NCBI RefSeq assembly: GCF_963921235.1 | Contig: NC_086097.1 | Coordinates: 45,820,001 to 45,884,000 of the forward strand | DNA from: Mobula hypostoma | Taxonomy: Eukaryota | Reading direction: 5' to 3' | Length of the DNA stretch: 64,000 nt | Shown: one piece after another, positions 48,460 through 61,542 of the stretch | How positions within the stretch are numbered: position 1 is the first letter of the stretch | Layout: the number at the start of each line of letters is the position of its first letter | The notes under the pieces: model-generated | Database searches by the model: none | Told to the model about the DNA's origin: nothing | Seen by the model: only the letters and a program-made list of their open reading frames with translations | Position numbers and translations under genes: made by a program

Positions 48460-50203
48460 TTTTGAACGAGATTGGAGACGACATCAGAGACGACATCAGA
48501 TGCACTCAACTCTGGCAGAGTCTGCAAGACATTACTTCCCACAAAGCGAAACCCAATAGTATGAATGGCAGCGGTGCTTCACTACCAGATGAACTCAATG
48601 CCTTCTATGCATGCTTTGATAGGGAGAACGCAACTATAGCTGTGAAGATCCCTGCTGCACCTGATGACCCTATGATCTCCGTCTCCAAGGCCAATGTCAG
48701 GCTGTCTAAAGAGAGTGAACCCTCGCAAGGCAGGAAGTCCTGATGGGGTACTTGGTAAGGCTCTGAAAACCTGTACCAACCAACTAGCGGAAGTATTCAA
48801 GGATATTTTCAGCCTCTCACTGCTACGGGCAGAAGTTCCCACTTGCTTCAAAAAGGCAACAATTATAACGGTGCCAAAGAAGAATAATGTGGACTGCCTT
48901 AAGCACTCACATCGACAGTGATGAAATGCTTTGAGAGGTTGGTCAGGACTGGACTGAACTCCTGCCTCAGCAAGGACCTGGACCCATTACAATTTGCCTG
49001 TCACCACAATAGGTCAACAGCAGACGCAATCTCAGTGGCTCTCCACATGGCTTTAGACCACCTAGACAACACAAACACCTACGCCAGGATGCTGTTCATC
49101 GACTATAGCTCATCATTTAGTACCATCGTTCCCACAATCCTGATTGAGAAGTTGCAGAACCTGGGTCTCTGTACCTCCCACTGCAATCCTTCTGATCCTC
49201 AACTTCTAAACTGGAAGATCAGTCAGTGCTGATTGGTGATAACATATTTTCCTCTCTAATGATCAACACTGGTGCACCTCAGGGGTGTGTGCTTAGCCCA
49301 CTGCTCTACTGTCTATATACACATGACTGTGTGGCTAGGCATAGCTCAAACACCATCTATAAATTTGCTGACGGTAGAATCTCAGGTGGTGACGAGAGGG
49401 CGTACAGGAGTGAGATATGCCAACTAGTGGAATGGTGCCGCAGCAACAACCTGGCACTCAATGTCAGTAAGGCGAAAGAGCTGATTGTGGACTTCAGGAA
49501 GGGTAAGATGAAGGAATACATACCAATCCTCAAAGAGAGATCAGAAGTGGGGAGAGTGAGCAGTTTCAAGTTCCTGGGTGTCAAGATCTCTGAGGACCTA
49601 ACCTGGTCCCAACATATAGATGTAGTTATAAGGAAAGCAAGACAGTGGCTATACTTCATTAGGAGTTTGAAGAGATTTGGCATGTCAACAAATACACTCA
49701 AAAACTTGTATAGATGTATCGTGGAGAGCATTCTGACAGGCTGCATCACTGTCTGGCATGGAGGGGCTACTGCACAGTACTGAAAGAAGCTGCAGAAGGT
49801 TGTAAATCTAGTCAGCTCCATCTTGGGCACTAGCCTACAAAGTACCCATGACATCTTCAGGGAGCGGTGTCTCAGAAAGGCCACGTCCATTATTAAGGAC
49901 CTCCAGCACCCAGGGCATGCCCTTTTCTCACTGTTACCATCAGGCAGGAGATACAGAAGCCTGAAGGCACACACTTAGTGATTCAGATTAGCTTCTTCCC
50001 CTCTGCCACCTGATTCCTAAATAAACTTTGAAGCTTTGGACACTACCTCACTTTTTTTTAATATACGTAATCGATTTACTTGTTTGTTTATTGTTATTAT
50101 GTTTTTTTTCTCCCTCTCTGCTAGATTATGTATTGCATTGAACTGCTGCTGCTAAGTTAACAAATTTCACGTCACATGCCAGTGATAATAAACCTGATTC
50201 TGA
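48460..50203 (+). mobile_element. Rex1-like LINE, 5'-truncated, frameshifted RT
   Basis: ORFs 48694, 48918 and 49226: [50 protein letters not shown]; tail aataaacctgattctga. Confidence 0.88.
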
Positions 50204-52161
50204 TCAACCATTATCAAGCTACACCTGCTAAATATCAGGCCTTTCAACATAACAGGAATTCTGGACACCTGAATTCTCTTTTCTTTCCAAGTATCAGCTG
50301 CAAAATAATTTGTAAAGTAATTCTTATTATGTATTTATCTCCAAGGGTTACCATTTATATCAATCAACCTTGGATTCCATTATGTAATGAAATTTCATTC
50401 ATTTTCTAGTCTGGCCTGTTGACTCAATCAGCTTAATAGTCATGAACTCCCAAAAGATTTGTAGGAAAATAATATTTGTAAGGATATGGAAAGAATCATA
50501 ATGATTGCATAATCCCAGATATGCTTACAGTTGTATTCAGATGGTTGTTCATGGGTTGCTTCTGTAAAAACAGCCAGTGCTAAATGGGTATCTATCTGTG
50601 CTGACCATGAATGCAAGGAATCAGGTGTCGAATGTTTTCCTGCATCTCCCATGATGACTCCATTATCTCACCAACAAGTTGCCCCAATTCTGACCTTTGC
50701 CAGCGTGGCAAACCAGGAATCCCTGAATATTTAGCAGTGATTTCAAGTATCTCACAAAGTTTAGATGATAAATGGAAACAGAAGGTCACCTTAAACTTCA
50801 TTGTGAGAGGCTAAGTGGCTTGCTTTCATCCCTTGTTAAAAATTATTTTTGAGGCAAAGCCCTGAGGGACAGAAGATTCAGCTGGAAAATATTTTATATC
50901 AGCTGTACTACATAAGCTTGACCTATTGTATAATTTCAATGTACAATCCTTCAGAGTGTACATCATTAAAACAATTGCAAGTGGAGTACCAAAATAATGA
51001 ACACCCTTGTCGGGTGAGTTGAATACACTTCTGTGCCTTCTGTTTTTTTGGGGGGGGGAGAAAAAGAGATGCTTTGAAACTCCTCTGGTAGTAGTCTTCC
51101 ATATTATGTTCAAATCTGATGTCCTGCCGGTGGGGAGAGGAGACAAGAATATTTGTGCATCTCAGGTGCTCGCTTCAATTTATTCCATGATCTTCACCAC
51201 CCAATCAACTTGGGTGTTGTGTCTTTTTGCCATTATAGCCAAAAAATAGTTTTAGAAGGGACTGTGGTTTGGATTATTTGCATTTTTAACCCAATTATAA
51301 GACATCTTGTTTTCCCTGATTGAGTGCCAGCAAGAGAAAGCTTTGCCCCCAGAAGGTGCTAATTACAATCAAGTGGAAATTCATGGGGATGTTCTTGCAT
51401 TTTCTGATATGCTCATCTGCGAAAGGCTCTGCTTTAGAAAGCAAAATAAAATTAAAAGCTTTCTGATGTTTTTATCAACCCGAGGTGACCAATTACTCAG
51501 TGGCCCAGATTTTCCAAGCAATTTTAGTAGCAGCTGGATTTCTGCTTCTTCTGACACATGGGGCAGGAAATTCTTTGTTTCTGGCAGTTTTTAAAGTACT
51601 CATGAGTATCTTCAGGCTGAGTGGCTTTGGTGGTCCAGTGCGCCCTTTTTACCTTCAAGTGGTGATAAATGCTCACAGTAAATGAAAATCAAAAGGTACA
51701 CTGCAGATGCTGGAAATCTGAGACAAAAACAGAAAACAAAAGGTCACAGACCTGAATGTTGGCTGTTTCTCTTTCCGCAGATGCTGTGTGACTGGCTATG
51801 TTTTCCAGCGTTCTCTGTTTTAATAAGTGTTAGCAGGTAGGGCTGTTCTATCTCAAATCCTTGACCTACACCACAAGAGGGCAGTAGGAGCATTAAACAC
51901 AGTTAACTCCCAAATTCTAACGGTGGTTGACATCTTGACTTGGAGCAGTATTATTCATTATTGCGCAACTGTCATTTGGTCAAGATTCTGCGCATCATAA
52001 TGGTGGGAGAATATTTTTCTTTGATTGTTGGGGATGGACCAGAAGTGCTGCCTTTTTTATGGTAGATATCCCTTGCATGAATAAAAGCAGAATATCTAGT
52101 TGTAATCATACAAATTTTTATTGGAGCATGCCGTACACAAAAAATTGCTGCTACATCTTTA

Positions 52162-55100
52162 ACGTTGGCACCAACGACATAGGCAGGAAGAGGGATGAGG
52201 TCCTGAAGTGTGAGTTTCGGGAACTAGGCAGAAGGCTGAAGAACAGGACCTCAAAGGTGGCGTTCTCAGGATTGCTGCCAGTGCTACGTGATAGTGATGG
52301 TAAGAATTGGAGGAGATGGCAGTTGAATGCGTGGCTGAGGAGTTGGTGCAGAGGACAAGGTGTTAGATTTTTGGATCATTGGGATCTCTTCTGGGGAAGG
52401 TGGGACCTGTGGATGGGTTTCACCTGAACTTGAGGGGGAGCAATATCCTTGCAGGTAGGTTTATTAGCATGATTCAGGGGGGTTTAAACTAATTTGCGAG
52501 GGGGATGGGACTCAGAGCGATACAGCAGTGGAAGACGAAGACGTGCATGGAGTAAAGCCAGATTTAACATATAGAGAGGCTTTGAAGAAAGAGAAGCAGA
52601 ATAAAGGGTGTAAAGATAGTAAGGTAGAAGGGTTAAAGTGCATGTACTTCAGTGCAAGAAGCATCAGGAACAAAGGTGATGAACTGAGAGCTTGGATACA
52701 TACATGGAATTATGATGTAGTGGCCATTACAGAGACTTAGCTGGCACCAGGGCAGGAATGGATTCTCAATATTCCTGGATTTCAGTGCTTTAAAAGGGAT
52801 AGAGAGGTGGGGGGGGGGGGCGAGGGGAGGAGGGGCGGCATTACTGGTCAGGGATACTATTACAGTTACAGAAAGGGTGGCTAATGTATCAGGATCCTCT
52901 TTTGAGTCAGTATGGGTGGAAGTCAGGAACAGGAAGGCAGCAGTTACTCTATTGGAAGTATTCTGTAGGCCCCCTGATAGCAACAGAGATACCGAGGGGC
53001 AGATTGGGAGGCAGATTTTGGAAAGGTACAAAAATAACAGGGTTGTTATCATGGGTGATAACTCCCCCAATATTGATTGGCACATGATTAGTTCCAAGGG
53101 TTTAGATGGGGCAGAGTTTGTTAAGTGTGTCCAGGACGGATTCCTGTCACAGTATGTTGACAGGCCGACTAGGGGGAATACCGTACTAGATCTATTATTA
53201 GATAACGAACTGGGTCAGATCACAGATCTCTCAGTGGGTGAGCATCTGGGGGACAGTGACCACCGCTCCCTGGCCTTTAGCATTGTCATGGAAAAGGATA
53301 GAATAAGAGAGGACAGGAAAATTTTTAATTGTGCTCAAATTATGAGGCTATAAGGCTAGAACTTACGGGTGTGAATTGGGATGATGTTTTTGCAGGGAAG
53401 TGTACTATGGATATGTGGTCGATGTTTAGAGATCTCTTGCAGGATGTTAGGGATAAATTTGTCCCGGTGAGGAAGATGAAAAATGGTAGGGTGAAGGAAC
53501 CATGGGTGGACAAGTGAGGTGGAAAATCTAGTCAGGTGGAAGAAGGCAGCATACATGAGGTTTAGGAAACAAGGATCAGATGGGTCTATTGAGGAATATA
53601 GGGAAGCAAGAAAGGAGCTTAAGAAGGGGCTGAGGAGAGCAAGAAGGGAGCATGAGAAGGCCTTGGCGAGTAGGGTAAAGGAAAACCCCAAGGCATTCTT
53701 CAGTTATGTGAAGAACAAAAGGATGACAGGAGTGAAGGTGGGACTGATTAGAGATAAAGGTGGGAAGATGTGCCTGGAGGCTGTGGAAGTGAGCGAGGTC
53801 CTCAATGAATACTTCTCTTCGGTATTCACCAATGAGAGGGAACTTGATGACGGTGAGGACAATATGAGTGAGGTTGATGTTCTGGAGCATGTTGATGTTA
53901 AGGGAGAAGAGGTGTTAGAGTTGTTAAAAATATATTAGGATGGATAAGTCCATGGGGCCTGACGGTATATTCCCCAGGCTGCTCCATGAGGCGAGGGAAG
54001 AGATTGCTGAGCCTCTGGCTAGGATCTTTATGTCCTTGTTGTCCACGGGAATAGTACCGGAGGATTAGAGGGAGGCGAATATTGTCCCCTTGTTCAAAAA
54101 AGGTAGTAGGGATAGTCCAGGTAATTATAGACCAGTGAGCCTTATGTCTGCGGTGGGAAAGTTGTTGGAAAAGATTCTTAGAGATAGGATCTATGGGTAT
54201 TTAGAGAAACATGGTCTGATCAGGGACAGTCAGAATGGCTTTATGAAGGGCGGATTGTGTCTAACAAGCCTGAAAGAGTTCTTTGAGGACGTGACCAGGC
54301 ATATAGATGAGGGTAGTGCAGTGGATGTGATCTATATGGATTTTAGTAAGGCATTTGACAAGGTTCCACACAGTAGGCTTATTCAGAAAGTCAGAAGGCA
54401 TGCGATCCAGGGAAGTTTGGCCAGGTGGATTCAGAATTGGTTTGCCTGCAGAAGGCAGAGGGTCATGGTGGAGGGAGTACATTCGGATTGGAGGCTTGTG
54501 ACTAGTGGTGTCCCACAATGATCTGTTCTGGGACCTCTACTTTTTGTGATTTTTATTAAAGACCTGGATATGGGGGTAGAAGGGTGGGTTGGCAAGTTTG
54601 CAGATGACACAAAGGTTGGTGGTGTTGTGGATAGTGTAGAGGATTGTCGAAGATTGCAGAGAGACATTGATAGGATGCAGAAGTGGGCTGAGAAGTGGCA
54701 GATGGAGATCAACCCGGAGTAGTGTGAGGTGGTACACTTTGGAAGGACAAACTCCAAGGCAGAATACAGAGTACAAAGTAAATGGCAGGATACTTGGTAG
54801 TGTGGAGGAGCAGAGGGATCTGGGGGTACATGTTGACAGATCCCTGAAAGTTGCCTCACAGGTAGATAGGGTAGTTAAGAAAGCTTATGGGATGTTAGCT
54901 TTCATAAGTCGAGGGATAGAGTTTAAGAGTGGCAAGGTAATGATGCAGCTCTATGAAAATCTGATTAGGCCACACTTGGAGTACTGTGTCCATTTCCGGT
55001 TGCCTCACTATAGGAAGGATGTGGAAGCATTGGAAAGGGTACAGAGGAGATTTACCAGGATGCTGCCTGGTTTAGAAAGTATGGATTATGATCAGAGATT

Positions 55101-55495
55101 AAGGGAGCTAGGGCTTTACTCTCTGGAGAGAAGGAGGATGAGAGGAGACATGATAGAGGTATACAAGATATTAAGAGGAATAGATAGAGTAGACAGCCAG
55201 CGCCTCTTCCCCTGGGCACCACTGCTCAATATAAGAGGACATGGCTTTAAGGTAAGGGGTGTGAAGCTCAAGGGGGATATTAGAGGAAGGTTTTTTACTC
55301 AGAGAGTAGTTGGTGGCTGGAATGCACTGCCTGAGTCAGTGGTGGAGGCAGATACACTAGTGAAATTTAAGAGACTACTAGACAGGTATATGGATGAATT
55401 TAAGGTGGGGGGTTATATGGGAGGCAGGGTTTGAGGGTTGGCACAACACTGTGGGCCGAAGGGTCTGTTCTGTGCTGTACTATTCAATGTTCTAT
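52162..55495 (+). mobile_element. Long CR1 LINE: ORF1 C-terminus (SGNH esterase-like) and complete but disrupted ORF2 (APE endonuclease + RT)
   Basis: VGTNDIG...SGLLPV (ORF1); ARSIRNK...DVVAITET, GDSDH (APE); NYRPVSL, MDFSKAFDKVPH, GVPQ, KFADD, RPHLEYC (RT); CR1 3' UTR. Several stops and frameshifts. Confidence 0.93.
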
Positions 55496-56105
55496 TGTGT
55501 GTATTTCAACATTGTTCATTGTGTGTAAAGGGTTTTGTAACATCCTGGGGGGGCCAAGGACCCTTTGAATGTGTGAACAGGAGAAAATTAAATCCAGGAG
55601 TTGTGCACATTCAAAATGATGAACGAATATGTGATTACATTTAAGTGAACAAATTACCCCATTCTGTCATTGTTCCCTTGTTTTCTTGCTGGCTACCAAA
55701 ACCCACCCCCACTTCATCTCAATTTAAAGTTTTAAGTACCTTGTTGCAATGGTAGAACTGGTTTTTCTTCTACCAAAAAAAAAGTGACCCAATGACATCT
55801 TCCAGGGGAGAATCCTCATTAATCCCATTCAGCTTCTTTGTTTTCCTACACAACTGCATCTTGCTCTATCAAAATGTCTGTCAGAAATAGGAGTACCTGC
55901 GGATGAAAAAATGTGATTACATAGAAAACATAAAACTTGGTATGGTTAGCATCCAAATTTAGGATTGGATATGGGTTGCTGAATAAAAGGCACTGTGCCA
56001 CCTAGTATTTTTATAGTTACTAAAATCGTTTGTACTTGTAAATACTGAAAGTAGGTGCATGTCATAAATATCAAATAAATTGTTTTTTTATTCTTTCACA
56101 CACAG

Positions 56106-56186
56106 AAGTTGCAAAGCAATGTCAAGAAAGGGATAACCTTGGAATGCTGGTCTGGTCACCTAATCAGAATGTCTCTGAGTCTAAAT
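56106..56186 (+). CDS. RCOR1: RCOR1 coding exon 3 (ELM2 domain)
   Basis: Pyrimidine tract and cacag acceptor; reads (E)VAKQCQERDNLGMLVWSPNQNVSESK (human QERDNLGMLVWSPNQNLSEAK); gtaagt donor at 56187; 81 nt, phase 1-1. Confidence 0.97.
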
Positions 56187-56359
56187 GTAAGTTCTTCTTA
56201 AATTTGTATTTCAGTATTCATTTTAATTAAAAAAAAACTCTTACTTTGAATACAAGTTCATATGAATGTTTCCCAATTTTCCAAGAATTGTTCGCTGAGA
56301 CTTTGGATATATGCCCATTGCTAATGGAGAATTTATTTGGAGAAATATGATGTAGAATT

Positions 56360-56600
56360 GGGCACTATGGTAGTGTAGCAGTTAACTTGCTGGTATTTCG
56401 TATTGGAGTTTGGGTTTCGGTTCTGGCCCCATCTGTGGAATGTGTGGGTTTTCCCTGGGTGTTGCAGTTTTCTCCCACTGTCCAAAGGTGTACCGGGTAG
56501 GTTAATTGGGCATTGTAAATTGTCCCGTGATTAGCTTAGGGTTAATCAGGGTTGTTGGTGATTGCTGGGGGCAGCATGGCTCGTATCGCTAAATAAATCC
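56360..56600 (+). mobile_element. Degenerate SINE (tRNA-head type)
   Basis: ggtagtgtagcagtt head; gtgtgggttttccctgggtg...tttctcccactgtccaaag core typical of fish and shark SINEs; taaataaa tail. Confidence 0.6.
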
Positions 56601-57599
56601 ACAAGTGTACAGGCTGCTTTAAATTTGTTTGCTAACATGCCAGTAAACTAACTGCTGGTTGCCATATGCAATTTTGAAATAAAACCATGGGGATTTTGTC
56701 CTTCACGTAAGACTGCAAAGGCACATGCATTGCAGTCTGAGCCAGTGTCCTTTTTTAATGGGCGTATATCTTTGCTGAGCTCTTGATGACTTTATTTGTG
56801 TGCTAACACTTGGAAGAGTAATATCCTTCTGTGTTTTAAAGAAATGTACCAAATTTAGAGCCAGAATAATTGGAACCAGAACTACTTGCTCATGAATGTC
56901 AGAAAATTGTTTATTTAAAATTGCAGTAGTTACGATAATCTTGAGGTCTGTTCATCATTGGCAAAGAGTTGTAGAACTTAATCAGTATACTATGAAAGAT
57001 GTGGAGCCCTTTGTAGGTTATTGGGAAAAGCTACTTTGCTTATCATTCTTGACTAGAATCATCTGAAATAATTATTCTTCTACTCATACACAAAATAAAT
57101 ACTAGAAGTACTTAGGCCAGCCAGATTCTGTGGGAAAATAGAGAATTGGCGTTGCAAAATAACCCTTCAGTAATGTTCTGTTTATCACTCCACTGTATTA
57201 ACTGTTTCTCAGGATCATGTACAGTGAAATAAATTAGCTGGACATGAGAAATCAGAGCAGGAGTAGGCCAACAAGTCTTCCCAGCTACTCTACCATTCAT
57301 CAAGATGAAGGTGTTGCTACTCATTTCTGGACTAACTGGTGTACCCCTTATTCAGAAACTGAATCCTAGTTATGGATTTCTCGTGTCCAAGTTTACACGC
57401 GTTTAAAAGTAGAAATAAAATACCTCCATGTTAAATTTCATTGGCACTGCAACTTTCCTGTTTCAAAATTAATTGTAATTAATTCTCTGTCTTTTAATGA
57501 AGCACTGCTTTTCTGTCCAAGAAAAAGAATTTGCTCCCTTTCTGTGCCTCTATTCTTTTTCTCCTCTTGGGCTCATTTCCAATATTTTTCATCTAAAGT

Positions 57600-58900
57600 T
57601 TTGCTTGCTTCAGTGACACTCCCAACCCTTGCCTCCATCTGGATCTAATCTTGCTAATCAGCTCTCACCATTCCACCTGGCACTGGCACTTCCTTACAGG
57701 TTTCGCCATCGGCAGTTCACTCTCACTTTACACAGATCTATCATCAGTATTGCCTTGTCTTGTGTATTCAGTGCCCTCAATATGGCCTCGACATCAAGCC
57801 AGCCACTTTGCTGAGCACCTGAGCTTTGTCCACAATGGTCATTTTGAGCTCCCAGTTGCATGCATTTCACCTCCCATCCCCATTCCCACATTGATTTGTT
57901 TGTCCTTGGCTTCTTCCTCTGCCACAGTGAGGCCACAGAGGAGAGGAACTACTCTGTACGGGTAGTCTTCAATCAACTAGTATAAATATTTAAAAATTTT
58001 CGGATAACTACACCAGATCCTTCTTTGCCAGTCTTCTTACACACTCTTCTTTTTGCCCTCTCCTCTACACCATTCTCTTTCCCCTTCCCCACATGGCTCC
58101 AACTCTCTAACCCTCATTTGTGGCCTCATTGTGGCAGTGGAAGAGTCAAGAACAGCCCATGCCATTGTGGGAATGGGGAGGGGAGATAAAATGGTTTGCA
58201 ACTGGGAGATCAAGATGGCCATTGCGGAGGAAGCTGCCTATTGTCCATACACTTTACCCATTTGATCTCCCATTGCTCCGGTTTTTTGTCCATCCCTTAT
58301 CTGGTTCCACTCGCCACCTTCCGTATCAGATTCCATCATGTGCAGCTCTTTGTATCTACTAATCTCCATCCAGCTTCTATCACTACCTCCTCTTCTCCTT
58401 TCGAACAGAGTTGCGGAAAAACTTTTTCACCCAGAGAGTGGTGGATGTATGGAAGTCTCTGGATGCTTTCAAGAAAGAGATGGATAGAGCTCTTAAAGAT
58501 AGCGGAATCAAAGGATATGGGGACAAGGCAGGAACTGGATACTGATTGTGGATGATCAGCCATGATCACAGTGAATGGCGGTGCTGGCTCGAAGGGCCGA
58601 ATGGCCTACTCCTGCACCTATTGTCTATTGCCCCATCTGGCTTCATCTGCCCATTAACCTCTCCTCAGCTGTATACCTGTTGCTTGCCAGCTCTTGCCCC
58701 CAGCTAGACTTCTTTTTGTGCTGATGAAGCTTGCCAATAACCAAGGGGTCTGTGGACCTCAGGCTGGGAGCCCATGCCCTAGTCTCTCTATAGTGGCCAT
58801 CTCGTCTTAGCACACTATCCAGCTACAGGGTTTTGTCCCAGCATTTCAGCCATCATTTTGCATCCACAGATTCTGCCTAACCTGCTGAATTCTGCCAGTG
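57600..58900 (+). mobile_element. Cluster of decayed Penelope fragments with a nested CR1 3' end (58400-58630)
   Basis: GIY-YIG remnants (FAEHL in ORF 57651); 58400-58630 matches the CR1 terminus at 36042-36290. Confidence 0.65.
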
Positions 58901-59294
58901 GCTTGCTTTTTTTTTAAACTCATCATTTTCATTATGCCCTCCTTGATCTCTGGTGCTCAGTGTCTATAATGATCTTTCACTTGCCTCACTGTCTTCCAGC
59001 TTTGCTAAAATTTTTATTGTCTCCCACACACATTTTAAACTACTGCAGTCTCTTGCCCCCGAGGATGCTCTTATTGGTATATTTACTGTGACTAAATGAC
59101 AAAGCTGGGGTTAACCTTGCCTCGCCATAGCAGGCCCGGTGGGTCTACTGGTTGTGTGTTGTCTGTACACACAACACTACTTCTGATCCTGCTTTTGATC
59201 ACCTGACCAGAATTTGTCAGCCCAATGTAGAATTTTGTCAAGAACGTTTCTCTGAAATTCTTTGGTGTTTTTACGGAATGTTTTTGGTTTAGGG

Positions 59295-59374
59295 CAGGGG
59301 TTCCTAACCCAGGGTCCATGCACCTCTTGCTTAATGGTATTGGTCCATGGTATAAAGAAGGTTCGGAACCTCTG
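59295..59374. mobile_element. 80-bp hAT (Charlie-like) MITE
   Basis: TIRs caggggttcctaacc and ggttcggaacctctg; perfect 8-bp TSD gtttaggg at 59287-59294 and 59375-59382. Confidence 0.85.
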
Positions 59375-59785
59375 GTTTAGGGTCATTCTGACATATAGGC
59401 TGGTTCTGGCCTTACTTCCATCTGGCATAGTTTGCATTTGTTGTTTGATTGTTTGTGGTTTTTGTATTGCTATATTTACGCTCTATTCTTGGTTGGTGCG
59501 GCTGTAGCGAAACCTAATTTCCCTCGGGATCAATAAAATATATCTATCTATCTATAATCCATCTGCCTTCCATTCTAATTGCTGAATACATTGCAATGCC
59601 AGAAAGCTGCAAGTCGTGAAAGGAAAAACATTTCAAGTGCAGTCAGATAAAATTGCAAAAATCTTCCATTACTACTGTAGAGGCAATTAATCTACAAATT
59701 TAAAGCTATTCTATAATGCAGAGCAGACATGATTCAACTTTTCCTAATTGACACCTGTGCATTCTGATTAAAACAAGTTTTCAAA

Positions 59786-60028
59786 ATAGTCATAGTCATA
59801 CTTTATTGATCCTGGGGGAAATTGGTTTTTGTTACAGTTGCACCATAAATAATAAATAGTAATAGAAATAGTAATAGAATAGTAATAGAAAAATAGTAAT
59901 AAATAGTTAAATAGTAATATGTAAATTATGCCAGTAAATTATGAAGTAAGTCCAGGATCAGCCTATCAGCTCAGCGTGTCTGACCCTGCAAGGGAGGAGT
60001 TGTAAAGTTTGATGACCACAGGCAGGAA
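59786..60028 (-). mobile_element. Rex1/Babar-like 3' end with expanded (AATAGT/AATAGA) repeat
   Basis: Matches 2576-2787; local tandem expansion at ~59855-59915. Confidence 0.85.
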
Positions 60029-60967
60029 AATGCAAATAAAAGTAAATTATTTATATTTTGTCAAAATGAAACTTTGATCCCCCTGTAAAGGCGATCTTTG
60101 GCACTTCATTGTTTATATAAACTTACTCTATCAAGCCACCAGATATTGCAATGGCAATGCAATATTTTACCATTTAATATATAAATCCTTTGATTATAAT
60201 TAATCTCACATCTTTACCCTGGTTGCAAAGTAATTCTGTGCTGTCTAGTGTAGCAGCAGCAGAAAGAAACTGTTTCACTACATTTCGGTGTATATTTTGT
60301 GTTTTAGGCATAATCAATCAGTTGTGCTCATTTGCTGATTGTGTAGAAATCTATCAACTTTTTTTAAATTTCAAATAATTGACTACTTTTGTCAGTTGAG
60401 AAACTTGTGGTCAGACTCAATTACAGCAGATGGCAAAATATTAGCCATATAAGATAAATGCTGGAATCTGGTGCAAAAACCAAACTGCCAGAGGAGCTCA
60501 GCATCTCAAGCAGCATTTTGGGAATGAAACGGACAGTTGCATTTTGGGTTGTGACCCTTCATTTGCTCTGGAAAAATAGAGGAGAGTTGGCCAGTATAAA
60601 GAGGTGAAGGGAAAGATGCACCATGAGCTGGCAGGGTGATCAGTGGATCTAGGTGAGGGGAAGAGAGGATATAGCAACAGAAGCTAGGAGATGATAAGTG
60701 AAGGCTACAAAGGGTTGCATACGATGGGAAGAGGAAGGACATTTGAGAATCGTTGGAGTGTGTGTGGGTGAAAGGGGGAAAAAGAACCAGGTGATAAAAG
60801 CCTGGGGAGGTGGAGTGGGCATAGGAGGATCTAGGTAGATCAGGAGGAGAGAGAAGGGACAGAGAAAGAGCAAGTTACCTGAAACTGGAGAATTTATTAT
60901 CCAACCAACATACACAAAAAATGCTGGTGAATGCAGCAGGCCAGGCAGCATCTCTAGGAAGAGGTAC

Positions 60968-61003
60968 AGTCGACGTTTCAGGCCGAGACCCTTCGTCAGG
61001 ACT
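60968..61003 (-). ncRNA. Minimal hammerhead ribozyme motif
   Basis: Identical to 27836-27871. Confidence 0.8.
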
Positions 61004-61506
61004 AACTGAAAGAAGAGACAGTAAGAGATTTGAGAGGGGGAGGGGGAGATCAGAAATGATAGGAGAAGACGGGGGGAGGGATAGAGCTATGAGCTGGACA
61101 ATTGATTGGCAAAAGGGATATGAGAGGATCATGGAACGGACGGGAGGCCTAGGGAGAAAGAAAAGGGGAGGGGGGAAGCCCAGAGGATGAGCAAGGAGTA
61201 TACTGAGAGGGACAGAGGGAGAAAAAGGAGAGAGAGAGAGAGAAAATTAATAATAATAAATAACGGATGGGGTACGAAGGAGAGGTGAGGTAACAGAAGA
61301 ACGGAACTTAGAGAAGTCAATGTTCATGCCTCTGTCCCTCTCACTATACTCCTTGCCCATCCTCTGGGCTCCCCCCCCCACTTCTCTCTCCCTAGGCCTC
61401 CTGTCCCATGATCCTCTCATATCCCTTTTGCCAATCAACTTTCCAGCTCTTAGCTCTATCCCTCACCCTCCTGTCTTCTATCAGGAAGCTATCTGTTCTT
61501 TCAATT

Positions 61507-61542
61507 AGTCCTGATGAAGGGTCTCGGCCCGAAACGTCGACT
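61507..61542 (+). ncRNA. Minimal hammerhead ribozyme motif
   Basis: agtc-CTGATGA-a-ggg-tctcgg-ccc-GAAA-c-GTC-gact; predicted cut after 61538. Confidence 0.8.

Noticed and set aside
59581..59630. gctgaatacattgcaatgccagaaag resembles the expected RCOR1 exon 4 (DEYIAIAKEKHGY)
   Set aside because: No AG acceptor in the right position, similarity ends after EYIA, and no HGYNMEQ or donor follows. Exon 4 is probably beyond the window.
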